A DNA stretch of 64,000 nucleotides from the NCBI GenBank assembly GCA_963799485.1, contig CAWCXJ010000001.1, forward strand, positions 1 to 64,000, read 5' to 3'. Positions 8,526 to 19,736 of this stretch are shown here, one piece after another; within the stretch, counting starts at the first letter, position 1, and each line of letters begins with the position of its first letter. This DNA comes from an uncultured Trueperaceae bacterium. GTDB taxonomy: Bacteria > Deinococcota > Deinococci > Deinococcales > Trueperaceae. A program made the position numbers and the translations under genes. The notes below the pieces were generated by a model, which was given only the letters and a program-made list of their open reading frames with translations, was not told the origin of the DNA and made no database searches.

Positions 8526-11177
8526 TTATTCGGTTGTTTTCGCCAGCACTTCTTCTAAAGTCGTGACCCCGGCGAACGCCTTGAATACGCCGTCGTCGCG
8601 GAGCGTTTTCATGCCGCCCTGAACGGCAATCTCTTTGATGTCGGTCGATGATTTGCCCTGTACGATGGCAGTTTCGACGTCGCCGCCGACGCTCAAGAGT
8701 TCGTGAATGGCGGCGCGTCCGTTGTAGCCGGTGCCGTTACACTTGTCGCAGCCGACGCCGCGGTAGAGGCTGGCTCCGGCGAGCTGACGTTCGTCAAGGT
8801 CTAGTCGCCGCAAGATGTCGGGGTCGGGGGTATAGGCGACGCGGCATTCGCTGCACACCTTACGGACGAGGCGCTGCGCCAACACGCCGAGGAGCGACGC
8901 GGAGATGTTAAAGGGTTCGACGCCCATCTCTTCAAGCCGCGTAACCGCGCCGGCGGAGTCGTTGGTGTGCAAGGTAGCGATGACCAAGTGCCCGGTCAGG
9001 GCGGCTTCGACGGCGATCTTGGCGGTTTCGGTGTCGCGAATCTCACCGATCATAATCACATCCGGGTCTTGCCGTAAAAACGAGCGGAGCGCGCTCGCAA
9101 ACGTCAAACCCGCCTTGACGTTGACCTGCGTCTGATTGATGCCGGGAATCTCGTATTCTACGGGGTCTTCGACGGTGGTGACGTTCACGTCCGGGGTGGC
9201 GATACGTTTGAGAATCGAAAACGTCGTAAACGATTTACCTGAACCCGTAGGGCCGGTAATGAGGAAGATGCCGTAAGGTTTTTGGATGGTATCGGTAAAG
9301 CGCTCGAGGTTATAGTCGGCAAACCCTAACTGCTCGATTTCCGGGATCGACGTGGCTTTTTTGAGGATACGCATGACGGCTTTTTCGCCGTAAACCGTCG
9401 GCAGGGTCGACAAGCGCAGGTCGACCTCCATATTTTTGTCCTTGAAGCGGACACGTCCGTCTTGCGGCAGTCTACGCTCGGCGATATTCAAGCGGCCCAT
9501 GATCTTGATGCGCGCCGACATCGCCCCGGCGACGCCCTTGGGCATCGTCATGTATTCGCGGAGCGCACCGTCTTTACGCACCCGCACGACCACCTTGTCG
9601 GGGCGCGGTTCGATGTGAATATCCGAAATATCGTTTAACACCGATTCGCGGATGATGTTGTTGACGACCTTGACGAGCGCGGTGTCGTCTAGGCTCGAGT
9701 CGTCGCTCAGCTCCTCGACGTCGCCGATCTCTTCGAGCGCGGCCCTTGCCAGGTCTTCCATCGAATCGCCGGAGCGGTAGTAGCGGTTGATAAGCCGTAC
9801 CAGCGTCTCTTCGGTGGCGACGGCGGGTTTGATCTCACGGCCCGTAATCAGCCGGATGTCGTCTAACGCAAACACGTGCCGGGGGTCTTTCATAGCCAAA
9901 ACAACGGCGCTGCCCTCGAGTCTTAAAGGCATCACGTTGTACCGCCGAATCGTGCCTTCAGGAACCAGCGTGATGACAAACGGGTCGACCGGGACACTCT
10001 CCTCGACGAATTCGTAACCGAGCTGCATGGCCAGGCTGCGCGCGAGCATCTCGGGGCTGATTTTGCCCGACTGCACGAGTGTATCCTCGAGCCTGCCCCC
10101 GCCGATTCGCTGCTTCGACAGGGCGTTTTGCACGTCTTCACGGGTGACGTAACCGAGATCGACCAGGATTTCGCCGAGCGGTTTGACGCGGCCCAGCTTG
10201 TTCTGTTCAGCCAAGGCTTCACGGAGCTGTTCGCGGCGAAGTTTGTTGCTCGCCATCAAGGTTTCACCCAGGCGGCCCTTGTCGGCGTCGTAAATTTTTT
10301 CAGTCAGCTTTTGCACCTGACTTTCAGGCGCGACGACGAACCTGACCGGGCGCGGGATGATCTCGGCAATCTCGTTACTTTTGCGCGGGTCGGCCAAAGC
10401 GACGACCAGCACCCCGTCTTCTTCGCCAAAGGGGACAGCGCGGTACTGCAGGGCGTCGACGCGGAGTAGGCTCGCGGTGAGCTTTTCACCGACCCTTGTG
10501 CCCTCGAGCTTCTCGACAAAAGGCAGTTCGGCCTGCTCCGCCAAGAGCTCGGCGAGTTGCGTTTCGTTCAAGGCACCCTGCTCGAGCAAGATGTGGCCCA
10601 ACAGACCGCCTGTGCGCCCCTGCTGCTCGAGGGCTTTGGTAAGCTGCTCGTCGGTCACGAGTCCCAGATTTTTAGCCAGCTCGCCGACGCGCTGCCCCAG
10701 CTGCGGGTTGACCTCGGCCGGGGGCGTCAGCCCGAGTTCGGGGTAGTAGGTCGCCAAGGCCCACGCGAGTTCTGCCGTGAGCGCCTGATACGGTTCGACG
10801 ATGCAGTTTGACGCGTCCTCGAGTTCTTCGACGGCGAGCGCGTCGAGCGGATCGACAAAGGCGACCCGGAGGCGGTTGTTCGTCACGTGAAAGGGAAACG
10901 CACGCAGCTCGAGAGCCGTCTCTGCCGGAATTTTGCTCAACGCTTCAGGGTCGACCTGCGCGCGCGGCAGGGCCACGAGCGGAATCCCGATGGCTTCTTC
11001 GATGGCGCGGGCGATGCGCTGCTCGGAAACGACGCCTAAGCCCACAAGCACCTCCGCCAAACGTCCGCCCATTTGGGCGTGGCGAGAGATGGCGCGTTGC
11101 AGGCCGTCATCAGAAACGAAACCGCGCTCTAGGAGCATCGCGCCGAGGCGTTTATCGCCTATCGATAAGACGGCCAC
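8526..11177 (-). CDS. pilB: Type IV pilus assembly/DNA-uptake ATPase PilB (Thermus PilF-like) with three GSPII/MshEN modules
   Basis: Repeated RLGxxL...G.V..E.L..AL motifs, RRLPQDGR, GPTGSGKSFT, LRQDPDVIMIGEIRD and a tetracysteine CxxC...CxxC site. Confidence 0.95.
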   Translation of the reverse strand: MAVLSIGDKRLGAMLLERGFVSDDGLQRAISRHAQMGGRLAEVLVGLGVVSEQRIARAIEEAIGIPLVALPRAQVDPEALSKIPAETALELRAFPFHVTNNRLRVAFVDPLDALAVEELEDASNCIVEPYQALTAELAWALATYYPELGLTPPAEVNPQLGQRVGELAKNLGLVTDEQLTKALEQQGRTGGLLGHILLEQGALNETQLAELLAEQAELPFVEKLEGTRVGEKLTASLLRVDALQYRAVPFGEEDGVLVVALADPRKSNEIAEIIPRPVRFVVAPESQVQKLTEKIYDADKGRLGETLMASNKLRREQLREALAEQNKLGRVKPLGEILVDLGYVTREDVQNALSKQRIGGGRLEDTLVQSGKISPEMLARSLAMQLGYEFVEESVPVDPFVITLVPEGTIRRYNVMPLRLEGSAVVLAMKDPRHVFALDDIRLITGREIKPAVATEETLVRLINRYYRSGDSMEDLARAALEEIGDVEELSDDSSLDDTALVKVVNNIIRESVLNDISDIHIEPRPDKVVVRVRKDGALREYMTMPKGVAGAMSARIKIMGRLNIAERRLPQDGRVRFKDKNMEVDLRLSTLPTVYGEKAVMRILKKATSIPEIEQLGFADYNLERFTDTIQKPYGIFLITGPTGSGKSFTTFSILKRIATPDVNVTTVEDPVEYEIPGINQTQVNVKAGLTFASALRSFLRQDPDVIMIGEIRDTETAKIAVEAALTGHLVIATLHTNDSAGAVTRLEEMGVEPFNISASLLGVLAQRLVRKVCSECRVAYTPDPDILRRLDLDERQLAGASLYRGVGCDKCNGTGYNGRAAIHELLSVGGDVETAIVQGKSSTDIKEIAVQGGMKTLRDDGVFKAFAGVTTLEEVLAKTTE

Positions 11178-11686
11178 AGGGTACCTCCCGCGGGGTTTAA
11201 GGCAAAGGGGTAACGCCTGAGTAAAAGCTTCTCGAGCTGCCTGAGCACGCGGGTATGGAGCAGTTTGCCGGGGGAGAGCGGGGTGACCAAAACCGAGACC
11301 ATCCCGGCGAGGTTCGCGCCGAGCACGTCGGTAAAAAGCTGATCGCCGACCATCGCCGTCTCAGCGGCGGGGGTGCCGAGCTTGTCGAGCCCGCGCCTAA
11401 AGGCGCGGCCCCGAGGTTTACCCGTAAGGTGCAAGCCCTCGAGTCCCAGCTCTTGCGCCCAGCGCGTTACGCGTGCGTGCGTGCCGTTACTTAAAATGAC
11501 CACCGGCACCTGCGCTGACCGGAGCGACTCGAGCCACACCTTAAAAAGCGGCTCGAGCAGGTCGCTACCGGCTGCGAGCAGCGTGTCGTCGAGGTCGACC
11601 AGCACGGCGCGCACCCCAAGCGTATGTAAAAAGTCCGGCGTGACCTCGGTCACCGAGGTCACTACGGCGTCGGGGCGTAACATCAT
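11159..11686 (-). CDS. YqeG-family HAD IIIA phosphatase
   Basis: LVDLDDTL, ILSN and MVGDQLFTDVLGAN. Confidence 0.9.
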   Translation of the reverse strand: MMLRPDAVVTSVTEVTPDFLHTLGVRAVLVDLDDTLLAAGSDLLEPLFKVWLESLRSAQVPVVILSNGTHARVTRWAQELGLEGLHLTGKPRGRAFRRGLDKLGTPAAETAMVGDQLFTDVLGANLAGMVSVLVTPLSPGKLLHTRVLRQLEKLLLRRYPFALNPAGGTLWPSYR

Positions 11687-11880
11687 GGCGGTAATTTATC
11701 ACGGGGCTCCGGGGCCGCTTAGCATGAAACTTCACGGCCCGGTAAATCCACGGGTAGGTCGGAAGGGTTTTCTCGAGTCTACGGCTCAGCTCACCCGGAG
11801 TTTTTGCAGCCGTCACACCATTGACCAGCGGCTGGGTTTTGTTCCCACAAGCTCCCGCGCGGATTGCTGCTCGCTCTGCT

Positions 11881-11920
11881 ATATGTGCCACCGATTTTAG
11901 ATATGTGCCACCGATTCTAG
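11881..11920. repeat. 20-bp tandem duplication
   Basis: ATATGTGCCACCGATTTTAG / ATATGTGCCACCGATTCTAG. Confidence 0.9.
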
Positions 11921-11961
11921 AACGGTAAAGACTAGCCGCGAGCGTAAAAAGTCAACTACAG

Positions 11962-12867
11962 CTAGGGCGTCCGGGGTGGGATTTGCATCGCTTGAACCAC
12001 CGTTTCCCCGAACGCTTCGGGGTCGTCGAGCCACGGATAGTGTGCGGTCTCGAGCAGACTAAAAAGCGCGTGAGGCAGCGCGCCGAGGACGAGTTCGGCC
12101 TGGCGTGGGTAGCAGCTGCCGTCTTGCCGCCCGACAATCACGACTGCCGGGTGGCTGCGGAGCGGCGTAAGGTCGGCGGTCAGCTCCCAGATGTCTTGCC
12201 AGCCGCTCAGGACGCTCTCTTGCAGCTCGGTGAATAGCTCGGCGTCGGCGTGCTCCAAGCGCATCCGGCTGCCGGTGCTCGCGAAAAACAACGTATCGAA
12301 AAGCCCCTTACCGCCCCAGCTTTGTACCGCTTCCACGACGCGTTCGGCGGGGGGCAGCTCGGCGAGGTCGTCCTCGGTGACCTCACGGCCCGAGAGCCGC
12401 GCGGCGCTCAGCTGCACCGTTTTGGCGAGTTCGGGCATATCGGCCCAGGGATTGACCAGAATAAGTCGTTCGATTCTTGCTGGCGACTGTTTTACGGCGG
12501 CAGCCGCGATCAGCGCCCCGAACCCGTGTGCGAGCAGCGTAACGCGCGTCAACCTGAGCGCGTCCAGAATAGCAAAAACATCCTCTGCCAGCGCCTCTAC
12601 GCCGAGGTCGGCCCCGGTATCGGCGAGGCTTCGGCCTGCACCGCGCTGGTCGGCGTAAACGACCCGGAAGCCGCGCAGTTCGTCTGCGGCCAGCTCGCGA
12701 AACGAATGGCTGTTGTAACCGGGGCCGCCGTGCAGGTAAAAAATTACGGGCGCGTTTGGTGGCCCGACGAGTTCGAAGTACAACTCGGCGTCGGGGGTGT
12801 CTAACCGGTACGCTTCGTCGAGGGTGTCGCCGGAATAGGTTGCCGGATTGCTGCTGGTATCTTCCAT
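11962..12867 (-). CDS. Alpha/beta hydrolase (proline iminopeptidase-like)
   Basis: LHGGPG, DQRGAGRS and C-terminal AHYPWLDDPEAF. The nucleophile elbow reads AHGFG with no Ser. Confidence 0.8.
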   Translation of the reverse strand: MEDTSSNPATYSGDTLDEAYRLDTPDAELYFELVGPPNAPVIFYLHGGPGYNSHSFRELAADELRGFRVVYADQRGAGRSLADTGADLGVEALAEDVFAILDALRLTRVTLLAHGFGALIAAAAVKQSPARIERLILVNPWADMPELAKTVQLSAARLSGREVTEDDLAELPPAERVVEAVQSWGGKGLFDTLFFASTGSRMRLEHADAELFTELQESVLSGWQDIWELTADLTPLRSHPAVVIVGRQDGSCYPRQAELVLGALPHALFSLLETAHYPWLDDPEAFGETVVQAMQIPPRTP

Positions 12868-13067
12868 CAGTCTACCTGCCTGAACTGCCAGACTTTTGTA
12901 CCTTCGGGCAGGGCAACGGGCGGTGCGTCGGCGCTGCGGCAGACCAGCAAGAAAAGTCCGGGTTGGCCCGTGCTCTCGAGTAACTCCGTAGTCCCGGTCT
13001 TAAACGCCCCCGCCAACGCCTCTAACTGCGCTCTCGCACCTTCGCCGGCAAGTTCATAAAACGTCAC
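12867..13067 (-). CDS. Small hypothetical protein (66 aa)
   Basis: GTG at 13067 preceded by a TAGACT -10 box; stop overlaps the ATG of the downstream hydrolase. Confidence 0.6.
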   Translation of the reverse strand: MTFYELAGEGARAQLEALAGAFKTGTTELLESTGQPGLFLLVCRSADAPPVALPEGTKVWQFRQVD

Positions 13068-13230
13068 GTATTCCAGTCTAACGCGCCGCAACGCATTAAG
13101 ACGAAATGAAGAGATTCTCTTTTTCGGCTCTCCAGAATATGCTACCGTAAAACGATGTAACAATCCCTTGTTCCCCTCTGCCTACGGGCCTGACCAGCAC
13201 CCACATTTTCGCTCGCTCAGGAGGAACACC

Positions 13231-13665
13231 GTGACATCTTTTCCCCCCCGTGCTTGCAACAAGACAACCGGACGGCTACGCGTCCGCACGCTCGCCGAGC
13301 TTCAGCCTCTGGTTCAAGACGGACGTTACCGTATCGGGCCGCACGCGCTGCGTCACGCCGCCTGTGAAGGCTTCGCCGAAAAAGATATGGTCGCTGCCGC
13401 CCTTTACGGTCAAGAGCTGGTGCGTTATCTGGAGGACGAAAGGCTTTTGGCTTTGGGTTATATCTGTCCGAGTCCTACGGTCAAAATCCCGCTGCACGTG
13501 GTTTTGGAGTACGCCCGCCCGCGCTGGGTCGATATCGTCACCGCTTATATTCCCGCTAGAGCGCACAGCGCGGTCTCGAGGACGCGGCTCGCCGAACTCT
13601 TGCGCTACGACCAGGCTCCGACGCGCCGCCAGGAACTCAGGGGGGTACGTTGGGGCGGTACCTGA
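13231..13665 (+). CDS. DUF4258-like protein
   Basis: AGGAGG RBS before GTG 13231; YRIGPHALRH, PLHVV and DIVTAY motifs. Confidence 0.7.
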   Translation: MTSFPPRACNKTTGRLRVRTLAELQPLVQDGRYRIGPHALRHAACEGFAEKDMVAAALYGQELVRYLEDERLLALGYICPSPTVKIPLHVVLEYARPRWVDIVTAYIPARAHSAVSRTRLAELLRYDQAPTRRQELRGVRWGGT

Positions 13666-13734
13666 CGCGTCTGCATTAAAACGGTTTGTATTAGGTCTGT
13701 ATTAAAGCGTTTCTTACGGTTCGGCGGCGGTAGC

Positions 13735-14718
13735 CTAACAGCTATAAAGCCACGCCAGCAGATTTTCGGTCAACCTAAAGGCTTTTTTACGGACAAGGCC
13801 AAGCTCAAATGTGTTGCTGAAGTCTGCTACCCGGGCCTCTTGCGGCTTTTCCGTCAGCCCTAAGCTATAGGCCAACAAACCCACGACCCGCTCCGGTTTG
13901 ACGCCCGCCGCCCGCAGCGCCGTCAGCGTCAATGAACCTTTGCGTTTAGCGAGCCGCGTACCGTCTTTATCCAGGAGCAGCGGCACATGGGCAAATGTGG
14001 GCGGAGCGGCTCCCAACGCTCTGTACAAAAGGAGCTGTGCGCCCGTACTCGGCAACAAATCGTCGCCGCGCAGCACCTGCGTGATATTCATCGCAATGTC
14101 GTCTACCACCACCGCCAGCTGATACGCCCACGCGCCGTCGGCCCGCTGCACCACGAAATCGCCTACGTCTTCCGCCGGGTTCAAGCTGACGTCGCCCAAT
14201 ACTTCGTCGTAGAGGGTCAATGTTTGCGGCTCGGCAAAAAAGCGTAAACTGGGCGCTTTGCCCTCACGCTGTTTCTGCGTTTTGACCTGCGCGTTCAGCT
14301 TTCGCTGCGCCGCGCCGTAAACCGCACTCGAGCCGTGTGGGGCGCTCGAGACACCTCGCAAGTCTCTTTGCAAATCTTTACGGGAGAGGTGGCACGCAAA
14401 AAGACGCCCTGAACGCCGGAGGGTCTCGAGCGCCTCCTCGTAAAGCCCAGACCGCTCACTCTGTTTATACGGCGCGTAAGGCCCACCGACGTCGGGCCCT
14501 TCATCCCAGTTGAGCCCCAACCAGCTCAGCTCGCCGAGGTTCGCCTGAACGAACGCCGGGCGACTTCGCTGCGCGTCGAGGTCTTCGACGCGCAGCACAA
14601 ACCGTCCGCCCTGTGCGCGGGTGTGCCAGTAGGCGAGCAGCGCGGTGCGGGCGTTGCCGAGGTGCAGCTGTCCGGTAGGGGAGGGGGCGTAACGTCCGCG
14701 CAGCATGGGTGCATCCAA
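13735..14718 (-). CDS. gluQ: Glutamyl-Q tRNA(Asp) synthetase
   Basis: RYAPSPTGQLHLGN, YQLAVVVDD, RGDDLL and RLAKR; short GluRS-like protein without anticodon domain. Confidence 0.9.
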   Translation of the reverse strand: MDAPMLRGRYAPSPTGQLHLGNARTALLAYWHTRAQGGRFVLRVEDLDAQRSRPAFVQANLGELSWLGLNWDEGPDVGGPYAPYKQSERSGLYEEALETLRRSGRLFACHLSRKDLQRDLRGVSSAPHGSSAVYGAAQRKLNAQVKTQKQREGKAPSLRFFAEPQTLTLYDEVLGDVSLNPAEDVGDFVVQRADGAWAYQLAVVVDDIAMNITQVLRGDDLLPSTGAQLLLYRALGAAPPTFAHVPLLLDKDGTRLAKRKGSLTLTALRAAGVKPERVVGLLAYSLGLTEKPQEARVADFSNTFELGLVRKKAFRLTENLLAWLYSC

Positions 14719-14951
14719 AATACCAGACAGGCGCTTTAGCTCGAGCTGCCAGAGTTAAAGCTATTCCGGTTTTGAGGCCCGTGTAAAATCGGGCGATGTC
14801 AGAGCTGAAGAAGTCTGCTCGAGTTTTTCGTAGCCAACGACGTTGCACTTTTTGCAGAACTGCAGCCCACCTATACTGTGCTCTATATACGAAAACGGCT
14901 TTGATATAAATGTTCGTTATGGGTGCAACCTGCCACTTCGGTTAAACGGTT

Positions 14952-14996
14952 ACACAAAAAGGCTCACAGCGCGAGTGAGCCTTTTGCTATTTGTGT
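14952..14996. terminator. Inverted repeat, probable terminator downstream of lon
   Basis: AAAAGGCTCAC-agcgcga-GTGAGCCTTTT. Confidence 0.6.
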
Positions 14997-15133
14997 AAAA
15001 CGGGTTTTAGGATGATGTGCAGTAGACGCGCGCCGTTCTTGGGGTATAGATATTTCCGGTCAAAAAGGCGCGCACGCTGTCTAGCGCGTTCTGCTCACCC
15101 CGGAAGGTGAGTCTTCACGTTCAAAGTCGCCCT

Positions 15134-17593
15134 TTACGCCTGGGCGGTCGGGCCGCTTTCGCTTTTACGGCGAGGCTTTCTCGGGGTGCCACTGCCGCCG
15201 CCGCGACTCTCGAGTCCCTCCAACCCACCGACTAAAAACACCTCGAGGGCTTTGTCTAAGTTATCGACCTCATGAAACTCCATGCTCCGCCGCAGGTGTG
15301 CCGGAATATCGCCCAAATCCGGGACGTTTTTCTCCGGGAAGACGATGTGCTTGATGCCCGCACGTTTTGCGCCCAGAACTTTTTCCTTGAGGCCGCCGAT
15401 GGGCAGGACGCGCCCGCGCAGGGTGATTTCGCCGGTCGAGGCGACGTCTTTACGAACGGCGATGCCGGTCAGGGCGCTGATGAGGGACGTAGCGATAGCG
15501 ACGCCCGCACTCGGGCCTTCTTTGGGCGTGCCGCCCGCCGGGAAGTGGATGTGGATTTCGGACTCGAGCCGCTCCTGCGAAATCCCGAAGCGTTCGGCGT
15601 TCGACTTCGCGTAGGTCAGAGCCGCCCGCGCGGACTCTTTCATCACGTCACCGAGTTGTCCGGTTAAAACCAGACCACCCTTGCCGGGCATAATCGAGGT
15701 TTCGACGAACAAGATGTCGCCGCCGACGGGGGTGTAATACATTCCGGTAGCGACCCCGACGAGGTTTTCTGCACCTTCGGATTCGGGGGTAAAGCGTTCC
15801 GGGCCGAGGAAGGGCTCCAAGCTCCGCTCCCCAATCCTGACGCGTTTGGCGTCGCCTTCGGCAATCCGCCGCGCCGCTTTACGGGCGAGTGTGCCGATGG
15901 TGCGCTCCAAGTTCCGCACGCCCGCCTCACGGGTGTACGAGGTGACGACTTTCGCCACTGCCCCGTCCGAGATGTTGATCTGCCGGGGTTTGAGGCCGTT
16001 TTCTTCGATCTGACGCGGCAACAAGTAGCGTTTGGCGATTTCGATTTTTTCCTGCTCGATGTACGAGGAGAACTCCAAAGGTTCCATCCGGTCCATCAAG
16101 GCTTCGGGAATCTGCTGCACGTAGTTCGCGGTGGCGATAAACAGCACTTCGGAGAGGTCGAACGGGACGCCCAGGTAGTGATCGACAAACGAGCTGTTCT
16201 GCGCCGGGTCGAGGACTTCTAGGAGCGCCGACGACGGGTCGCCCTGATACGACGCACCGAGCTTGTCGATTTCGTCCAATAAGAACACCGGGTTTTTGGT
16301 ACCGGCTTGCCGGATACCCTGAATGATGCGTCCGGGCATCGAACCGATGTAGGTGCGGCGGTGGCCCCGAATATCGGACTCGTCGCGGGCGCCACCTAGC
16401 GAAATACGGACGTATTCGCGGTTTAACGCCTTGGCAATACTTTTGGCAATCGAGGTCTTACCGACGCCGGGAGGCCCCGCAAAGAGGAGGATCGGGCCTT
16501 TGTTGACCTCTTCTTCTTTCATCTCACCCTTGGCGGCGCGTTCGGCCTTGAGTTTACGAACAGCTAAGTATTCGACCACGCGGTCTTTGATTTTGTCCAA
16601 ACCGTAATGGTCTTCGTCCAGGATTTGCGCGGCGACCTCGAGTGTCAACTTGTCCTGGCTGCGGGTGTTCCACGGCAGTTCGGTCAGGGTCGTCAGGTAG
16701 GTGCGGATCACCGACGCCTCAGCCGAGTCCGGGTGCATCCGGGAAAAACGGCTCAGTTCGCGCTCGGCCTCTTTCATCGCGTCTTCGGGAAGCTTGAGTT
16801 CTTCTAGTTTGGCGCGGAAGGTTTCGGCTTCGTCGTCGCCGTCGTCGGAACCGGACAACTCGCGCTGCAAGGCTTTGATCTGCTCGCGCAAAAAGTATTC
16901 GCGCTGGTTGCGGTCGATCTCGTCTTTGACCTCGCGCTGCACGCGGCGCTGGGTTTCGGCGAGTTCGATCTCGGTGTCGATCAGGATCAGCACGCGGCGA
17001 ACGCGGGCCTCGACCGACTCGGCTTCTAAAACGCCCTGTTTATCCTCGAGCCGAAAGTCCAGATGGTACGCCACGTAATCGGCGAACTGTCCGGCGTCTT
17101 CTAGGTTCATGACAAACTGCGCGACTTCGGGCTGGATATTCCGGACACCGCCCTCGATGATGTCGCCGAACTTTTCCTTGAGTTCGCGGAAGGCGGCCTC
17201 GAGCGTCACCTCGTTGCCGACGGGTACATCGAACGGTTCGACTTCGGCTTCGATGAGTTCGCCGGTGGTGTAGTTTGACACCCGCACGCGGGCAAACGCC
17301 TGCACGAGCATCTGCACGCTGCCGTTGGGGTTGCGCTTCATCCGCAAGATGTTACACGCCGTGCCGACGTCGAATAAATCGTCGCCGGTCGGTTCTTCGG
17401 TCTCGCGGTCTTTCTGACTGACGATTAGAATGGTGCGGTTGCGGTCGAGCGCAGCGTTGATGGCGCGAATCGAAACGCCACGACCCGCGTCGATGGGCAT
17501 GACCATCGTCGGGTAGAGGACTGAGCCCCGAACCGGGCAGACAGGAACGGGTGCGTCGAATTCGTTGTGCGGTTCTGCGTGCGTTTGGGCCAC
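15134..17593 (-). CDS. lon: ATP-dependent protease La
   Basis: Lon N-domain, [30 protein letters not shown] and PIGGLKEK. Confidence 0.97.
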   Translation of the reverse strand: MAQTHAEPHNEFDAPVPVCPVRGSVLYPTMVMPIDAGRGVSIRAINAALDRNRTILIVSQKDRETEEPTGDDLFDVGTACNILRMKRNPNGSVQMLVQAFARVRVSNYTTGELIEAEVEPFDVPVGNEVTLEAAFRELKEKFGDIIEGGVRNIQPEVAQFVMNLEDAGQFADYVAYHLDFRLEDKQGVLEAESVEARVRRVLILIDTEIELAETQRRVQREVKDEIDRNQREYFLREQIKALQRELSGSDDGDDEAETFRAKLEELKLPEDAMKEAERELSRFSRMHPDSAEASVIRTYLTTLTELPWNTRSQDKLTLEVAAQILDEDHYGLDKIKDRVVEYLAVRKLKAERAAKGEMKEEEVNKGPILLFAGPPGVGKTSIAKSIAKALNREYVRISLGGARDESDIRGHRRTYIGSMPGRIIQGIRQAGTKNPVFLLDEIDKLGASYQGDPSSALLEVLDPAQNSSFVDHYLGVPFDLSEVLFIATANYVQQIPEALMDRMEPLEFSSYIEQEKIEIAKRYLLPRQIEENGLKPRQINISDGAVAKVVTSYTREAGVRNLERTIGTLARKAARRIAEGDAKRVRIGERSLEPFLGPERFTPESEGAENLVGVATGMYYTPVGGDILFVETSIMPGKGGLVLTGQLGDVMKESARAALTYAKSNAERFGISQERLESEIHIHFPAGGTPKEGPSAGVAIATSLISALTGIAVRKDVASTGEITLRGRVLPIGGLKEKVLGAKRAGIKHIVFPEKNVPDLGDIPAHLRRSMEFHEVDNLDKALEVFLVGGLEGLESRGGGSGTPRKPRRKSESGPTAQA

Positions 17594-17653
17594 GGAAAGC
17601 TCCTTTTGGTTTATGGCGGTTCAGCTTGGGCAGCTAGGTTCACACTCTGCAAA

Positions 17654-17674
17654 TCTTAGTGCCTATGTATCAAG
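17654..17674 (-). promoter_or_regulatory. Degenerate HAIR-like (HspR) operator upstream of lon
   Basis: Minus strand CTTGATA-N7-ACTAAGA versus consensus CTTGAGT-N7-ACTCAAG, about 60 nt upstream of the start. Confidence 0.45.
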
Positions 17675-17891
17675 TTTACTACCAGTTCCGGCTTTAGCCG
17701 GAAGCTGGCTTACATCGGGTAGCAGGTATCATCTGGTCTAAGACACTCCCTGTCAAGAGCGTAGTGACCAGCACGCACATTCGGAAGTGGTAGCTGCGAG
17801 AATGTCGGAACGTGTTGAGCCATTCACCAGTCTAAACCCCGGCGGCGTGGCAGACGGTGAGCCAACGCATAGCGCGTGATAGCGTTGAAGG

Positions 17892-19727
17892 ATGGACGCA
17901 GGTATAGACGTAAAAGCAAAGTTAAAACAAGCCTTAGAACAGGCAGTTGCGGCGCTCGGAGCGCAGTCCGAAGTCTCGGTGCAGGCGGTGCCGGAGGGTA
18001 AAGCGGGCGATTATGGGTCGCCGGTGGCGTTCGGGCTCGCCAAAACGTTGCGGCAAAATCCGGCGGTGATCGCAAAAAGCTTGCTCGAGCAGCTTACGTT
18101 ACCCCCCGGAATCGCCAAAGCCGAAGCGGTCGGGCCGTACCTGAACTTCCACTTAGACCCCGGCGTGTTTGTCGAACAGCTCGTCAATGACCCCGTAAAA
18201 AGACCGGAGCGCGGCGAAAAGGCCATCGTCGAACACACTTCTGTGAACCCGAACAAAGAGGCGCACGTCGGGCACTTGCGAAATATCGTGTTGGGCGACG
18301 CCTGCGCCCGCATTTTGAAAGCCGCCGGGTTCGAGGTCGAGGTGCAGAACTACATCGACGACACCGGGCGGCAAGCCGCCGAATCGCTCTTTGCGGTGAC
18401 GTATTTTGGTGAAACCTATAAAGGTGAAGAGAAGTACGACCACTGGCTCGGCAAGCTTTACGTGCGTTTGACGCACGCGAAAGAGACCGACGGCGAAGCG
18501 ATTGAACGCGGTGTGTCGGAGGTGATGGGGCGGCTCGAGCGCGGCGAACTCCGCAGTGACATCGAAAAGGTTTTACGCTCACAGCTTACGACCTACTACG
18601 CTTTGGGCGCCGAATACGACCTGCTGGTCTGGGAGTCCGACATCGTCCACAGCGGCTTTTTGGCGCAAGCTCTGGACGTTTTACGGGGCAGCGAAGACGT
18701 GTTTACGGCTTCTGAGGGCAAATTTACGGGAGCAATGGTCATGGACGTGTCGAAGTTTCTGCCGGGGCTCGAGGAACCTTTAGTCGTCCTCGTCCGCAGC
18801 GACGGCAACGCGATGTACGTCGCCAAAGACATCGGCACGCAGTTCTGGAAAGTCGGGTTGTTTGAGGGCTTAAAGTTTACGGCGTTCGACACGCAACCCT
18901 CGGGCAAACCGCTCTACACGACTTCGCCGAAAGGAGAGACGCACCCGGACGGGCGCACTTTCGCCCACGCCGACGAGATCATCAACGTCATCGATACGCG
19001 GCAGAGCCATCCGCAAACAATTGTCAAAACAGCGCTGGCGCTGACCGATACGGCGCAGGGGTTCGATACCTCGCACCATCTGGCGTATGAAGTCGTGACT
19101 TTGGAAGGTCAGGCGATGAGTGGGCGTAAAGGTGTCACGCTCGCTATAGACACCGTGCTTGACGAGGCGAAACGGCGGGCTCGAGCAGTGGTCGAGGAGA
19201 AAAATCCGGATTTGGCGAGCATCGACACCGTAGCGCGGCAGGTCGGCATCGGCGCACTGCGTTTTGCTATGCTCAAAAGTGAGGCGCGGCGCATCATCGA
19301 CTTTCGCTGGGAGCAGGCGCTCAACCTTCAGGGCGATTCCGCGCCGTATGTGCAGTACGCGCACGCGCGGGCGTGCAGCATTTTACGGGCAGCAGAAAAA
19401 GCAGGTGTGAGTGAAACGGGTGCAGACTGGAGCCGGGTGGGTGGGCTCGAGGTCAAACTAGCCCAAGAGTTGGCCCGCTTGCCGGAAGTTACGGAAGCGG
19501 CTGCAAGGGACTTTGCCCCGCACATCGTCGCGCAGTACTGTTTAGACGTAGCAACCGCGTGGAACGGGTTTTACAACCACCGCAACGCCGAGGGCAAACC
19601 CGACACGCAGGTTTTGAAGGCCGAACCGGGTTTACGGGAGGCTAGGGTTGCCCTTGTTCGTAAAGTCAGAGATACGCTGGCGGGCGCTCTGGGTCTGCTC
19701 GGGATTGAAGCGCCACAGGAGATGTAA
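17892..19727 (+). CDS. argS: Arginine--tRNA ligase
   Basis: EHTSVNPNKEAHVGHLRN, MSGRKG and APYVQYAHARACSIL. Confidence 0.96.
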   Translation: MDAGIDVKAKLKQALEQAVAALGAQSEVSVQAVPEGKAGDYGSPVAFGLAKTLRQNPAVIAKSLLEQLTLPPGIAKAEAVGPYLNFHLDPGVFVEQLVNDPVKRPERGEKAIVEHTSVNPNKEAHVGHLRNIVLGDACARILKAAGFEVEVQNYIDDTGRQAAESLFAVTYFGETYKGEEKYDHWLGKLYVRLTHAKETDGEAIERGVSEVMGRLERGELRSDIEKVLRSQLTTYYALGAEYDLLVWESDIVHSGFLAQALDVLRGSEDVFTASEGKFTGAMVMDVSKFLPGLEEPLVVLVRSDGNAMYVAKDIGTQFWKVGLFEGLKFTAFDTQPSGKPLYTTSPKGETHPDGRTFAHADEIINVIDTRQSHPQTIVKTALALTDTAQGFDTSHHLAYEVVTLEGQAMSGRKGVTLAIDTVLDEAKRRARAVVEEKNPDLASIDTVARQVGIGALRFAMLKSEARRIIDFRWEQALNLQGDSAPYVQYAHARACSILRAAEKAGVSETGADWSRVGGLEVKLAQELARLPEVTEAAARDFAPHIVAQYCLDVATAWNGFYNHRNAEGKPDTQVLKAEPGLREARVALVRKVRDTLAGALGLLGIEAPQEM

Positions 19728-19736
19728 AATCTGCAC

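Noticed and set aside
17700..17891. T-box riboswitch upstream of argS
   Set aside because: Hairpins are present but no T-box consensus or terminator, and argS appears leaderless.
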